Positions 11,844-28,733 of a DNA stretch of 64,000 nt are shown piece by piece. The notes beneath the pieces were generated by a model. The model made no database searches. It was not told where the DNA came from and worked only from the letters and a program-made list of their open reading frames with translations. This stretch comes from the human T2T-CHM13v2.0 reference genome, Homo sapiens. A program made the position numbers and the translations under genes. The stretch is from assembly GCF_009914755.1 (NCBI RefSeq), contig NC_060932.1; one strand, given 5' to 3'. Each line of letters begins with the position of its first letter. Position 1 is the first letter of the stretch.

Positions 11844-13863
11844 CTGCCAAGAATATGAGACAAACAAAAGAAAAACTATATATTAAACAGAAGGGGAAAA
11901 ATGATGATTTAACATTTAATATTTTGCAATGTTTATTACAAATTAAAATGCCCAAGTAAAATATATACCATAAGGTATATAATTCTGAATCATTAACGAT
12001 TAGCCACAATCAGTCTCTCCCATCTGGTACAAAAATACGACTTTAATTCCTAAGGAACAAAACAGATATGGCTTTCTCGCTTCAAAAAAAGCGTAATATA
12101 GCTTCATTTAATTTCCACGAATAATTCGAACACTAAAATTCTAAAATCTAAAACACTCAATACATGACAAAATATCTTTAAGTGCCAATTTAATATTTAG
12201 CTTCGTGAGTTACGGATAGGGCATCACAGAACCATTTTTTTCCTCTTAAATAAATTGGAAAATGTGTATAGGATACCATCATAAAGTTATTTTAGTTTTC
12301 TGTTCATAATGTATCCCTGAATGTACTAGTATTCGTGATGCATTCTCTTATTATCCCTAAAATGTTAGTGATATTTTTATACATCAATACCAACACTGTA
12401 ACTGGATTTTTTTGTACTTTTAGCCCCCACAAGTAGAATGTTGATCACTATAACTTCAAAAATAATTTCAAGTCTCTAAACTGAAAAAAATCCTTATCTT
12501 AATTCATGTACATGTTTAAAAAGTATCTTTTTGGATTAAAACAACATTTATATTCCAAAATATAAATTATGATTTTTAGATAGTGACATGGTTAGCAAAT
12601 GTTAGGTATTTATGATCATGTAAAATAAGAATATAACATTAATTAAAATTGAGATCTCATCAAACAATGAATAAGCAAAGGAACTACTGAGCACATGCAG
12701 ATCAATACTGTTTTTAAAAATATTAAGCAGGTTTGAAGCAGGAAAAGTGAAGATTTAGATACCTATTTAAATAGTTTAAAGTAGCTATCCAGGCTAACCT
12801 TGACAGAATAATGTATATAATATTTCAAGAGTACATATCTAATATATGTTGATTTAACTTAGAATTAAGCATAGAATTCCCCTATAATAGGGGATTTGGG
12901 GATACAAATAGAACATCTGAGCATCTAAAGATGATATGATAGAGCTTTCTTCTGACCAAAGTATAGATAATTAAAAAATAGCATTATAGTAGGGAGGCTA
13001 AAAATTATATGGTTAAATTAGTTAACCAAACTTTGTACTTCAGGTCATAAAAATCCATTTGGAGTCTGAACCAGTTTAGCAGCCTACATTATTAACTATA
13101 AGGGATAATTAATAAATTTCTTCTACAATTAGGGTTGTGCACATATAGCCATCAAAATACGTAACTTCACTTCTTGCTGCCTGTTTAAAATAACCTTTCA
13201 ATAAAGCAACAACTGTGGCTAATTCACATAAAAAATTTCTGTCACACAATACTAATGCATTTTGACAGAAAATCAATGATTGCATACGTCTATAATTAAG
13301 TAGTTTAAACATTGTCAAGCCCTAATTTTAAAACTGATTTTTTTCCTTTTATCCTACCAAATAAATTTAATTTCTGCTTATCACCGCTTTCCATAAGTAT
13401 TTTCATTATAATGGCTCTCTTTTGTACTTAATTTTGACAAAAGATGTCTCCTAATGTGCATTACACCTTAGGGGAATTCTATGATGTTTCTGAAGATTAC
13501 TCTGAAGAAACTTGAACACCAGTTCCATGTAGGGTATTATCAAGCTCCTTGCTCAGACTCCAGTATTATATGGCTTACAGAATTAGAAAAAGCAAATGAC
13601 TTATTAGAATAATTCAAGTGGTTAGATAACCACTTTCATTTCTATTCTGTGTTGATCTTCTGTACAAGCATAAAAACAGATTAGTCTAAATGTTCCAACA
13701 GTGCTAACACTCACAACTAGTACAAGCAAACAAATCATAGCGCAAATCAATCTAAATGTAATCAGGACAGCTCAAATTAAAAAGAAAAAAAAGAAATGAA
13801 CTTTAAATGAATGATGACTGTATTTCTGATTTCATGGAAAATGTCAAAGAGTTTGCTTTATAC

Positions 13864-14023
13864 CTAAAGCATTGAAAGTTGCGATGTGCTCCCACATATC
13901 ATCTTGTTTGCTGGAGTGTGGTTGCCAGAGTAGGGCATCAACATCATGGCGCAAACAGAAGCAGGGCATTTCTTTAGGATCCACTATGACAGAGAAAAGG
14001 TACTGGTTGCTTCCAAGATTCAC
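13864..14023 (-). CDS. NUDCD1: NUDCD1 coding exon (probably exon 9), 160 nt, [53 protein letters not shown]
   Basis: Acceptor CACTTTTTAG|GTG and donor TTAG|GTATAA; open frame read by hand; contains the [12 protein letters not shown] and [10 protein letters not shown] motifs I recognise from NUDCD1. Confidence 0.95.
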
Positions 14024-14089
14024 CTAAAAAGTGATTTAAAAAAAAATTTACTCAACAACAAATTAATAATAGCAACAATAACAATGGCA

Positions 14090-14330
14090 GAAGCTGACAG
14101 CCAGCATTAAGTGTCAGCAACTGTTTTATACTTTTTATATACTTAATCTGATTGACTCCTCATAATATCCCTGAGATAAATGTGCTACTGTTATGTTCAT
14201 TTCAAAGCTGAGGAAAGTGATGCACAAGGCATTTAGGTAACTTGTCGATGGTCAGCCTGGCCATAAGTCATGGAGCTGAAATTTGGACCCAGAGTCTATG
14301 TTCTTAATCACCACGTGATATACCACCTCT
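14090..14330 (-). mobile_element. MIR SINE fragment
   Basis: TCCTCATAATATCCCTGAGAT...TGAGGAAAGTGATGCACA...GGTAACTTGTC. Confidence 0.6.
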
Positions 14331-14366
14331 TAATTGTTAGTAAATAGTTTAAAACACGATATAAAG

Positions 14367-14710
14367 CAGGGGTCCCCAGTCACTGAGCCGCAGACTGGTA
14401 CCAGTCAGTGGCCTTTTAGGAACTGGGCCGCACAGCAAGAGATGAGCAGCAGGCAAGGGAGCATTACTGCCTGAGCTCCACCTCCTGTCAGATCAGCAGT
14501 GGAATTAGATTCTCACAGGAGGGTGAACACTATTGTGAAATGCACATGCAAGGGATCTAGGCTGTCTGCCTTATGAGAATCTAACTAATACCTGATGATC
14601 TGAGGTGGAACAGTTTCATCCTGAAACCATCCACCAAGCCCCCACAGGCCCATGGAAAAACTGTCTTCCACAAAACTGGTCCCTGGTGCCAAAAAGGTTG
14701 GGGACTGCTG
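14367..14710 (+). mobile_element. MER1B-like hAT-Charlie MITE
   Basis: Terminal inverted repeats CAGGGGTCCCCA...TGGGGACTGCTG; perfect 8-bp TSD ATATAAAG at 14359-14366 and 14711-14718. Confidence 0.92.
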
Positions 14711-16411
14711 ATATAAAGCACCAATTTTATAAGCAGACTATTTTTAGGCCATAGAATACACACATGAAGTTTACTAATGCTAACTTGTAATAATTACCAA
14801 GAACAATGACACTACCAGAATTTATGAGCACACTCTCATAACATTTATAACCAGGCATGTTATAAATACTAATCTTAACAACTCGCAAGGCTATTATTAT
14901 CTTCATTTAAGGGATGAAAGAACAGGCTTGGAGAGTTTGAGTAACTTGTTCTAGGCTAAAGAGAAATATCACAATGCTGGAATTCACACTCAGATGTTTA
15001 AAACTATTTACTTAAACGTACTGCTTAATTAAAGTATCAATGTCAATATGTCAATAATGTCAACATTTGTTATTGTAACACATCAATAATTGTTACTGCA
15101 ATATTGATGCCTAAAGAAATGCATTTTAATACAAAATCATCAAATTGAAACTCACTGAATTTCATCTACAGCAATACTTTTTCTAAATGAAGACATGTTG
15201 TAAGGATAGTCTTCTTTATGAGAAATGTTATTATCAGAGTTGAAAATACGAAACAGAATACCAACAAAAATCACATCAAATGTAGAAAATATAAAATATG
15301 CACAGTACTTATAAATATGTAATTGATTCTAGGAGTTTGCAAGCAGACTGGAGAACCGTAAAAGATTGGGTTAAAGTAAGAAGTGGAGACCTGACCTGAA
15401 TTCAACAGGGAAAGCTGTGAAGTGGCTCTCCAGCAAGGGGACCTATTATTGGTAAAGCTGTGACAACACAGGCTATTGGTCACAGGAGAATACAGTGTCA
15501 GAGCAACCCATCTTCTGCTCCCCAGCAATGCCAGGGAAATAGGGCTTTTTCGTAGAGCCAGTGCTTGCTCTCTACAAAATAAGGGGAGAAGGCCAGCACA
15601 CAGAGACCACAGACTATTTCTTTTCTCTCCTTACTCCCGATGATCAGTGGCTAGATGAGGTTTATTTTCAAAGTCACCACTACCTAACTGGCCTTTTATT
15701 ATTATGTTTGACAGACCTAACACTGCTTCAGCTCTCTTCCCTGTACTCCAACTCTGATACTCTATTTTTTTTAACCAAGGGCTTTCACAGAAGAAAAATA
15801 AACAACAGCTAAAATAAAATACAAGTTGAAACAATATTTTCACAACAATACATCTACTTTCATGAGCCAAGTGCCTAAAGAATGTATTGAATATTATGAG
15901 GATTAATATAATTGAATGATCTCTGGTCCATCCATACTTGAAGAGACAGCAGTGAGAAAAGAATAGAGGACCTTGAACCACGAAGTGAAAGGTGACCACC
16001 AAGGGAGATCAATCATGAAAATAAGAGGATAAGAATGAAGGTAGGTGCCTTATTATGAGCCCCTCACTCTGACTTAGATGTTTCTTCACTTCAGCAGCCA
16101 CTTACCTTACGCATATTTCCATTATGGCGACTGTGTCAAGTGTTGTTAATTGTGAAACTAGCAATTTCATACAGCTTGTCTTTGCCATACCTTTGACATA
16201 GCATTCTGTTTGGACTCCTTGTATTTTTTTTACCTGATAGATTCCCACTTATCCTCTAAGACTCAATTCAACCATCAGTTGCTCTCAGAATTCCCCCACT
16301 CTCGTGGTTATATGAGCTGCTTGAATTCTGAGAACTCCAGCATCATGTATGTTATTCCTATCAAATTATTTATCATATTATATTAGATTATTAATATTTT
16401 TACATACCACC

Positions 16412-16905
16412 TGTGGCAGGATGAATAACGTCCCCCAAAGATGTCCACATCTAAATCCCTTGGAACCTGTGAATAAGTTACCTTATATAGCAAAAGGGAC
16501 TTTGTAGATGTGGTTAAGTTTAAGGTCCTGGGATGGAGAGATTATCCTGGAATATGTGGGTAGACTCAATGTATTAAGAAGTATTCTTAGGGAGGGAGGA
16601 GGGCCACAGACACAGAAGGTGAGATAACAACAAAATCAAGGGGATAGACAGAGTTTAGAAGATGATATACTGCTGGCTTTGAAGACACAGGATGGGCCCG
16701 GCCACAAGCCAAGTAATGGAGGCAGCCTCTAGAAGTTAGAAATGGCAAGGAAATGGATTCTCCCCTAGAGCCTCCAGAATGAATGTAGTCCCTACAAACC
16801 ACTTTAGGACTTCTGACCTCCCAAATTGTAAGAGAATAAGTCTGTGTTGTTTTCAACCACTACACCTGCAGCAATTCGTTGCAGTAATAACAGCAACCTA
16901 ACATA
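16412..16905 (+). mobile_element. MLT1 (C/D-like) solo LTR
   Basis: TGTGGCAGGATGAATAACGTCCCCCAAAGATGTCCAC...; 5-bp TSD CCACC at 16407-16411 and 16906-16910. Confidence 0.88.
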
Positions 16906-18391
16906 CCACCCATCTCACAACACTAATTCTTCTTAGGAACTAGAAGTCTGCCCTTTTTTCTCCAAATTGTAAAGAAATTTTTTTAAATGAATGTTATGTA
17001 AAAAGTGATTATTTCTGTAATATCTTCACCAAGGCTAATCTATCTTTAGATTTGGGAATTATCTATTTTACAGTTAGAATAATTGGCTGAAGATTCTGTA
17101 AGGCAAAAATCTCATAATTAGGTTCTTAACCTAACAAGAGGGTGACTAGGGTCAAGAGCTTCTAGACTTAGTACATAGTTCTCTGTGCCTTTTAGTTCTC
17201 ACTTCCAGAAATGTTAGTTTCTCAGTAATTTCCCTCTATAGCTTTCCACTGTTTGGAAAAAAAAAAAAAAAAAAGGTCCACATTGCCTTAAATGGCATTT
17301 TGAAAGCTTTTCGAAACCTGACCCCAGCATACTTTTCAATATTCACTATTACTTTCCTTAAAATATAACATTTAGCAAAACTGGATCACAATTTGCAAAA
17401 CTGTCTCCCCTATTTCCCCATTCCTTTATTCATGCTTTTTTTTAACCTGTTGCATATCCTGTCCATTATACACTCTATGCCATATGCAAATGGCATCTTC
17501 TCCTCCAAGGAAGTTTTCCCTAATTCTAATAAAAAGAAATTGTGTATTGCAACTAATTATTTATACTTTTCCTATAGAGTTTGTCTCTTCATTTCACTTA
17601 TATGCTCTTTGAGGGTGATAGCTATGACTTTGGGTAGGATATTTAAACCATTTTATTCCCCTTATAAATATGGTAACTACTACTCACTTCACAATTGTTA
17701 TGATGAGTAAACAATATATTTCAAAGCTTAGAAAGAACTTAATAAGTGTTCATGTTGATTATTACCTGTCTAGGAAAGCCCTTAATAAGTATTAATGTTA
17801 ATTATTACCCTTCCAGCATTCTTAAAACATTTTGTTTTGTATATTAATGGCATTTCAAATTTTAAGAATGAGATGAGTAACACTGACAGAAAAGCATAGC
17901 AGCTTTCAAGTAATCTTCCCGTAGCTCACAGCTACAGCTCTTATACAATTTTATGTCTCAGAAATGTGTAAATAGCTATAAAAATAACATACACTTATTC
18001 TGTCTTAATCCCAGCATATTTGAGACAAATTTCTATACTCTTGTACCATTTCAAAAATGAGAAATACAGAATTCATTGTTCTACTTGTCATTTTGTCATA
18101 TAAATTCTATTTTTATCAGTGGTTACAAATGTATGCTTATTGCTTTCAATTTTATATATTCCTGTAATGCATATATTCCTCAGTAAATGGATCTGCCCCT
18201 GAAAAGGGACAAAGTCATGTTTCAAATAAGATTTGGATTTTTAACATATACTCAAAACCAAGTACCTTAAAGTTTAAAATCCAAAGTAAACAAACTAGTC
18301 AATTTTTTGATGGCAGTAACTACATATAATTTACGGAGAGACATAAGAATCCCATTAAAAAATGAGATATATAAAGAATTGTTGAATTCTT

Positions 18392-18686
18392 TTTTTTTTT
18401 TTTTTGAGATGGGGTCTCACTCTGTCACCCAGGCTGGTGTCCAGTGGCACATTCATGGCTCACAGCAGCCTTGACCTCCTGGGCTCAAGCAATCCTCCAA
18501 CCCCAGCCTCCTGAGTAGCTGGGACGACAAGCACACACTGCCATGCCTGGGGAATTTTTTTATTTTTTGTAGAGATGAGGGGTCTCACTATGTTGCCCAG
18601 GCTGGTCTTGAACTCAACTCAAGCAATCCTCCTGCCTCAGCCTCCCAAAGTGCTAGGATTACAGGTGTGAGCCACTGGTGCCTGGC
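18392..18686 (-). mobile_element. AluJ-type SINE
   Basis: Poly-T plus Alu antisense; TSD AAGAATTGTTGAATTCTT at 18374-18391 and 18687-18704. Confidence 0.93.
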
Positions 18687-19029
18687 AAGAATTGTTGAAT
18701 TCTTTACTTCTTTCTGTATGTAGTAAGAGACTATGTGATACTCATTTTACTTATTAAATAAATTCTAGCTTCCCTATTTTTTACTTCAAAACTAAGTATT
18801 TCATACAGCTAAATAAAATAAAGATTTTGCCACTGCCAGATGTTTGCTACTTCTTAGGTTGGCCAGATGCCACAAAAGGAAAACAATTCAAAGATTCCAA
18901 ACTAAGAGTGGATAAAGAAACTGAACATGAGCATTATTTTAAGATAATGCCTAAAAGGTGTTTGGCTTCATTTTTTTCATGGTGGTATTAGAATCTCTTG
19001 ATAGCTGTTTATGCCTTTCACTATTATTT

Positions 19030-21440
<2,411 letters not shown>

Positions 21441-24400
21441 AGCAGGAATTTCCTTGATCACTATTTATTAACTTGCCTAAAAAGCTTAGGATTTCAACTT
21501 ATAATCAACAGACCAGTGACAATTCAATATCTACAAGAGGTTCCAAATATACAAGTAGCCAACCCATGTACTATAGGAACCCACTTCCCTGGCTTCTGCT
21601 AACAGAATCAAGGGTTGGCATCTAATCCAAAGTTAACCGTCTTTAATCTATTGATTTATAAAATGGTTATGATGAAGTGTTTTCTCGAACAGATGCTTCC
21701 CATACTGAATGGTGGTTAGCCAAAACAATAAAGTCCTCTTGTTCAGGAAGTTTAAATACCAAAAAATAAACAATTCAAGCTAAGAAGAGAGGCAGAAGAC
21801 ATAGCTAGAGAGTACAGTAAGCAGAAACCATAAGATGTAGAAAGGAAAGGAGTGATCAATAAGTAGAAGTATGCTCAGCAGAAGCAAATACAGAAGATGG
21901 CAATGTGATCATAATAGCACAGAACTGACTTAGAGAACAAGTTGATTATCAAGAGGCAAATAGATCGCCTGGTCATCAGAACTTGTGCTATTTTCTAAAC
22001 AATGTTCCACGTTTCCTTTAGGCCTGACTTGCCAGTGAATTTGTTTCCAAAATGACCTTAGTTATCCATGAGATCTAAAGAGATTGTTTCCACTGTTCCT
22101 CACAGGCTCCATATATGCTCACATCATGACTTGAGATAACCAAAGGTTTTCTCTGTTGCCTGCAACCTCTAAAAGTTTAGGTAACAGGATTTCTTCCAAA
22201 ACGATTGTACTTCCAGTACCATTGTACTTTGCTCTTTCTTCCAAAAGCAAAGTACAATTAAAATTAAAAAGTAAAGTGACTAAAATAACTAGTTTTGCTA
22301 AGTGAATTAAAATGAAGTGTGATAAAAAGCACGATTAAAGTATACTTACTGTATAATCCTATAGACACAGAAAATATCAATATGAGAAAAAGAAAAAATA
22401 TATGAATAACAAAAGGATATTGCATCATAATTTGAAGTGGAAAACAGGGGAAGTAAAACATTATCCATTATCTAGCATGGGCCATTACCTGGAAGAAAAA
22501 AGTACAAGATGTTCAGAAGGTTCCTGAGTCAAGAACAGGTGCCACAAAACCCATTTTTCACTAGAGAACTATTTATTCTGACTGTGAACAAAATTCCATC
22601 GAGTTTACAACTTGGTAGCCAAGAGCAAAACAGGAAATAAGAAAGAGAAGGACTGTGGCTTTGGGTACATGCACTGCCAGAGGTGAGATGAAGCAGCCAA
22701 TAGCTTATGAGCAGTGGAAACAAACACAAAAGACATTTTTTTAAATGAAGTAGGCAAAGACTCCCATTTAATTCAAATACCTTTAATGGTAATTACCTAG
22801 AAATACAAAGTATGGTAATTAATGTTCATTCTGATGATATGTAACCATCAACAAAATGTTACTTTCTCTTCAGAATGCTTTATGTAAGATGTTGGGCAAA
22901 TAATACATTTTAGTAAGATTCCAAGGGGGAAAAGAAGGCTTTAAATATTTTTGGTATTTGAATGGAAAAAATTAACTTATTTAGGCAATTTACTCATTTG
23001 GAAAATTCATTCCTTGTTAATACCAACTAAATATCTTACTGCATAAAAACCAACTCTAAACTCCATAAATCCTTTGGGCAATAAAATATACTTCCACATT
23101 TCTTATCTTATGTTTACTCTAGAAAAGGTTATATTTACCTTTGAATTACCTTTGTAGTCTTTGAATGAAGACTACAATTAGAGTAAAATATTCTCTAGGG
23201 AAAATTTGGCATGCATTTCAAATAGTCAATTAATTGTCTTATTCTCTGTAGAACACTTAGCAATTAAAGACTACTGAAGATTAAATGTCAAAGTGAAGAC
23301 ATTTAGACAACTTTTAATCACTTCTAATACCAAATTAAATTTAAAAATAATATTAATAAAAAGGTTTTATCTACTCAGAAGGTATGTATTGGGATGCCAG
23401 ATTGAAACTTTAATTCCAAATTCATATTCTGTACACAGAATAAATTGTAAAAATTATTTACTGTGTTCTTACTATGCATCAAGTATTTAGCTGATCTGTA
23501 TTTACTACCTTATTTAACCTTTGCTAACTGAGAATTAAGAATATGATCCCATTTAAAAGAGGAAACTCAAACTTGGTAAGTTCAGAGATTTAAGTCAAGA
23601 AGCTAACAACTGGTAGCTAGAATTTAAATTCAGATATATTTCCAAACTCATGTTCTTTACCACCACCTGCATGTTCTCCCAAAGTCCATTTTATAGCGAC
23701 TATTAACCACCAGAATGTGTCCCTGGCTAGACACTAGTTCAGATACAGTAATTCACATACTATAAATATGCTTATAATCTAGTTTTGTCAGTTAAGTTGT
23801 ATAGATAAGTTGTTCATCTATTTTGTATATAAAATTGATGTCTAAAAAATATGGAAAAGAAGTAAATCCTGGGTTGCATTTTTTGGTTTGAACACCCATT
23901 AAATTACCTATATACTTAAATATCTCTTTACCTTGACTAGAGACTGAAGCATAGGAAGATGTCAGATCTTAGCTAAGTGGTATAAAATACAACTGGTGGA
24001 AATGCACTTAAATTTCTACTTTAAAAAGCCACATAACTATTACTTAGAAATATTTTTTAAAACTGATACTTTTTTTTCATTTTTTGAAAATTATCAAATT
24101 AGGTCTTAACTATGATGTATCATAACATTTTACTGACTATTCCAGTGGAGGATACATATAAATGTTACCAGATAAAATAAATACACAGATACATATCAGA
24201 AAATAGAAAGTTCCACACAGAAAAAAAAAAAAAAGAAAAAAGCACGTGAGAAGATGGATAATGTGGTTATGTTTTAATAGGGGACAAAAGACAACATGAA
24301 CAGAGGTAAATAAAGAGAATAAGAGGAATAAAGTAAGGAAACAGTGAGAAAAGGTAGAACATTTCAGGCAGAGATAATAACAAATGCAAAGACTCTAAGG

Positions 24401-24468
24401 GAACAGCATGTTTCAGCAGGTTTGAAGAACAGCATAATGGCCAGTGCAGCTAAAGAAAAGTGAACTAG

Positions 24469-24764
24469 TTGCCGGGTGCTGTGACTCACACCTGTTATCC
24501 CAGCAATTGGGAGGCTGAAGTGGAAAGATTACTTGAAAGTTCAGGAGTCTGATACCTGCTTGGGCAACACAGTGAGATCCCACAACTACAAAAAATCCAA
24601 AAATTAGCTAGGCGTGTTGGGATGCACCTGTGGTCCCAGCTACTCAAGAGGCTGGAAGTGGGAAGACTGCTTGATCCTGGGAGGTCTAGGCTGCAGTGAG
24701 CATGCACTTCAGCCTTGGTGACAGAGCGATACCCGTCTCAAAACACAAAGCAAAACACAACCCA
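24469..24764 (+). mobile_element. AluJ-type SINE (diverged)
   Basis: GCCGGGTGCTGTGACTCACACCTGTTATCCCAGC...; degenerate TSD GAAAAGTGAACTAG / GAAAACTGAACTAG. Confidence 0.88.
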
Positions 24765-25199
24765 GAAAACTGAACTAGGAAAAAATGGTGAAAAATAAGA
24801 TAATCAGGACTGGATGGCAGTGTTCTTTTAAACTATGTCTCCACATTGGTAGCAAAATCAAGTTAGAAGATCAAGAACAGGATTTTCTATTTTATTTCAT
24901 TAAAATACCACAGAAGAATATTAGAGTACATCTCATACAATAAGGATAGTACTGTTTTGTGAAACTTTTGCATCAGATGTGTGTGTGCATGTGTTGAGTC
25001 TCAAACACGTATCACCTACAGTGAGTTGCAGAAACTTGGAAGGTTCTTTGTAGACCATGGTAAGGACACTGAAAATTATTCTAAATGTAACACATAGGAA
25101 GCCTACTATAGGGAGAACAGGAATAGAGAAATGACATAATCTACTAAATCCTTTAAAAAGATTACTTTGATCTTCACACAAAGTACTTATTAATTCAAA

Positions 25200-26250
25200 A
25201 TGAAAGATAACTTTAGATTACAGAAACCTGCTAGACATCACATAATGAAATATCGCACCACAAGAAAAGGAAAAAATGACACCAAGTTCCTCTTAATGTG
25301 ATGCACTGCAAGGGAAACATCTTTTATGTAGTATTCCTGGCAAAAAAAAAATGCAACATCTGAACCCGATGAGGATATACAATCTAATTAAAAGATAATC
25401 TATAAAAAAAGTACAAAATAAAGTTAAAAATGTTGGTTAACTTGCTATTCCAAATTACAGGAGATTAAAGAGACACCATAACTAAGCACTTAAAAATTCA
25501 ACACCTCTTCATGATAAAGAAAAAAAAAACTCAGCAAACTAGGTAAACATGACTTCTACTTAAATAAAAACTCTAGAACTAATGTCATATTTAATGGTAA
25601 ACCACTCAATCTTTCTTCCTAAGATTAGGAACAGGACAAGAATTCCTATTCTCATCACTGATATCTGCATTGCATCTAATATCCTAGCTAGTACAATAAG
25701 GTAAGAAAAAGAAATAAAACGTATGCAGATTGGAAAAGAAGAAGTTAAACTGTCTTTATTCACAGATACTACCCTGTACACTGAAATCTTGGAGTATCTA
25801 CAATAAAGTAACTGGAAAGAGATAATTTATCGAAGTTACAATATAAAGTCAAGTAACACTGTTGCTACATAATACACAAAATAAATTGGGAATTAAAAAA
25901 TACTAATTATATTAGAATTCCAAAATACAAAATATCGGGATTAAATATAACACTGACAACTTCAAAAGGCTGCTAGGACACATTAAGGAAAACCTAAATA
26001 AATGAAGAGACAATGTTTATGGATCAGAAGATTCAATATCATTAAAGTATCAATTCTCCTCAAGTTGACCTGCAGATCCAACACAATTCCAATTAAAAGC
26101 CCCATAGCCATTTTTGTGCAAATTAAAAAGCTGATTGTAAAGTTTTTACAAGAACCAAACCTATTTAGGAAAAAAAAATCAAGACTAACACCATCTGAAC
26201 GGAAACTCCCTGTAACGCGACAGTAATCAAGCCAGTATAGTACTGTCTAA
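25200..26250 (+). mobile_element. Old L1M fragments (ORF2 pieces)
   Basis: ORF 26002..26226 (WIRRFNIIKVSILLKLTCRSNTIPIK) is a degenerate L1 ORF2 peptide. Confidence 0.75.
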
Positions 26251-26435
26251 AGAAGGAATCAGCAAACTTAAGGGGTCAGACAGTAAATATTTCAGGCCTA
26301 AAGGTCATACAGTCTTTGTTAAAATTATTAAACTCTGTTGTTGTAGTTTGTAAGTAGCCATAGATAGCATATAAATACATGTCTATGACTGAGTTCTAAT
26401 AAAACTTTATTTATAAAAACAGGTACCTGGCCCAC
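26250..26435 (+). mobile_element. MER58A-like hAT element
   Basis: TCAGCAAACT...GACAGTAAATATTTCAGGC...AATAAAACTTTATTTATAAAAACAGG. Confidence 0.7.
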
Positions 26436-26439
26436 TGAG

Positions 26440-26900
26440 TCTTGCAGATAATGAATCATTTGTCAAACACATGTATTACAAATTCATTCCCCTCTCTGTA
26501 GGTTTTTGTTTTACTCTCATAATGACATATTTTTGAAAAATAGATGTTAATTTTGATCCAATTGATCACTTTCTTTTTTTGGAGTTAGTGTTTTTACATG
26601 TCCTAGTCAAGTAATCTTTGCCTAATCCAAGGCCACAAAGATGACTTTGTGTTTCCCTCTAAAAGTTTTATTAGTTTACTTCATGTTTATCATCATAGTT
26701 TATTATTTCATATGCAGCCCATCTGTAACTGATTTTTGCATATGGTATGATGTAAAAGTCAAAATAATTTTTTTTCTTACAGATATCTAACAGACCCAGT
26801 GCCATTTGTTGAAAAGACCATCCTTTTCCCACTGCACTGCTATGTCACCCTTGTCACAAATAAGGTCATTGTATTCATGTGTCAGGTTTATTATTTATAT
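26440..26900 (-). mobile_element. L1M fragment (antisense)
   Basis: CCATTTGTTGAAAAGACCATCCTTTTCCCACTG and TCTTTGCCTAATCCAAGG. Confidence 0.7.
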
Positions 26901-27649
26901 TACTGTCAAACCCACAAAATGCATAGCAAATGATAATAATAATAAACAAACTGCATTTATTATCAACTATCTATCAATCCCTCCAGCCAGGAACATAGAC
27001 TTCATCTCATCTAGTGTGTGAGGGGCAGTCTCCCTAGGAAAAGGTTGGCGAAGAAAGAAAAGCTATATTTGATAAAAATTCTTCCAACTGGGATAGTAAT
27101 TTATGATAGCTGCTAAAAATGGCTTTGCCCTTTAAGATTCTAGAAGGAAAATAATTAAATATCCTAGCTAAAACAACAGCTTCTAGGAAGAGTATATTCC
27201 TGGAGAAAGGCTCAGTATATATGAACACAGATTCTAAGAAAAAAAAAGTATCAGTTAAGCATTTCATTACTATCCCAAGGAAAGGACTGAATTCTACTGC
27301 ACTGAAGGCTTGACACTGTACAGAATTTTAAGAATCAAAAAATATAAGATTTGCAACTAAAAGTATATCTTTTCAGAGGAGAATGAAAGGCAAAAAAGGA
27401 ATTAAAGACTTCTGCACATAAGTCCATCATAGGTAATAATAATTGGCAACCAATAATTAACAACATTATTCAATATACTCTCACAATCCCGAAAGAAACT
27501 AAAATGTCTCCAATAAAACCACACTCATATTGAGGTCAGCATTACTGTGATACCTGAACTTTAAGCTGCTGGGAGACAATTTTCCTAAATACTCACATTT
27601 TCTGCATATCTTTGAAGCAGAGGCACTAAATATAAGTCCTTAATTCTCA

Positions 27650-27995
27650 ACTACTATTTCAAGGATGTTTGTAAAGCAAATAACGCAAATAACCTAGGAA
27701 GATATAGCATCTCTTTCCAAAGCAAAAGGCAGATTTGTTTAAAGTCCAGTAGAATAATGTTTCTTCTAAACAAAGTACAGGAAGGCTTACTGGCCATCTC
27801 CACATTTCCCCGTGGAAACTGAGGATCAGGGAACTGGTCCAAATGCTGATACTCTGGGTTAATGCTATTGCTGTCAGTAATAAACTATCCTTTGTGTCTG
27901 ACACAGGAGTTTCATGTCTTTTTACCAGCATCTATGAAACTGTGATAGGCTAACTTGTTAGCTTGCAAGTAGGCTAAAAATCTCAGACCCACTGT
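27650..27995 (+). mobile_element. ERV1 LTR fragment, MER34-like
   Basis: AATAAAC...GCTAACTTGTTAGCTTGCAAGTAGGCTAAAAATCTCAGACCC; similar to the copy at 31766-32146. Confidence 0.65.
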
Positions 27996-28733
27996 CATTA
28001 TGGATAAGAAGATGGAATGCTGACAGAGAAAGGGCTCCCTGGAGGAGAAAAATGAGAGCCTTACAGGTTGATTAACAAGGTTAGAGGTGTGTCTATGGGA
28101 TTATCTGGTTAATCAGGCAATAAATGCCCTCCACTTCACTGCCTATTAATGAGGAGCTGAAAAGGCAGGTTGAGTACTGGGAAGATGGTTGACAGCTGCC
28201 TGAATAATGCCCTGGCTGTTGCTAACTCTCTTCCAGAAGAAAGTATCTTCTCACTGATTTGGTGGTAGTACTTTAATTAAAGCATAATGTGCTTTAATTT
28301 CTGTTTTGCTAGAAACTAAATATCACCATCTGTTTTTTAAAGATTTTCATGATAAGTTTCACTTTCTCAAAAACAGGAGCAACACAAATTTACCTTATTT
28401 AATAAGTTTCTTCTGGGCAAATCAAGTACTTGCTAATTCATACTTTTAACAGCTTACTATTCAAAAGATTTTTTCATATACTAAAAGTAAACCTCAAAGA
28501 GTCACACAGAAGATTAGGACACAATAAAAATATCAAAAAACAGTATGAATATTTACCAGATTTTTATGAGGGCAATAATCTTCTAAGTGCAAGAAGGCAA
28601 ATATATAAACATTACTCAAATACATAAACACTTAAAGCTGTCATTAAAGTGAGAAAAAATAAGCAATATTAACCAAAAACAGCCAAAGGGAAATGTCTGC
28701 AACAATTATGACCCAAAATCAAATCATATGCTA

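Noticed and set aside
11844-12009. N-terminal part of the 152-aa ORF 11551..12009
   Set aside because: Intron 9 sequence upstream of the acceptor at 11845-11844; not part of the spliced CDS.
28276-28300. Short inverted repeat AATTAAAGCA-N5-TGCTTTAATT
   Set aside because: 10-bp AT-rich arms only; too short to interpret.
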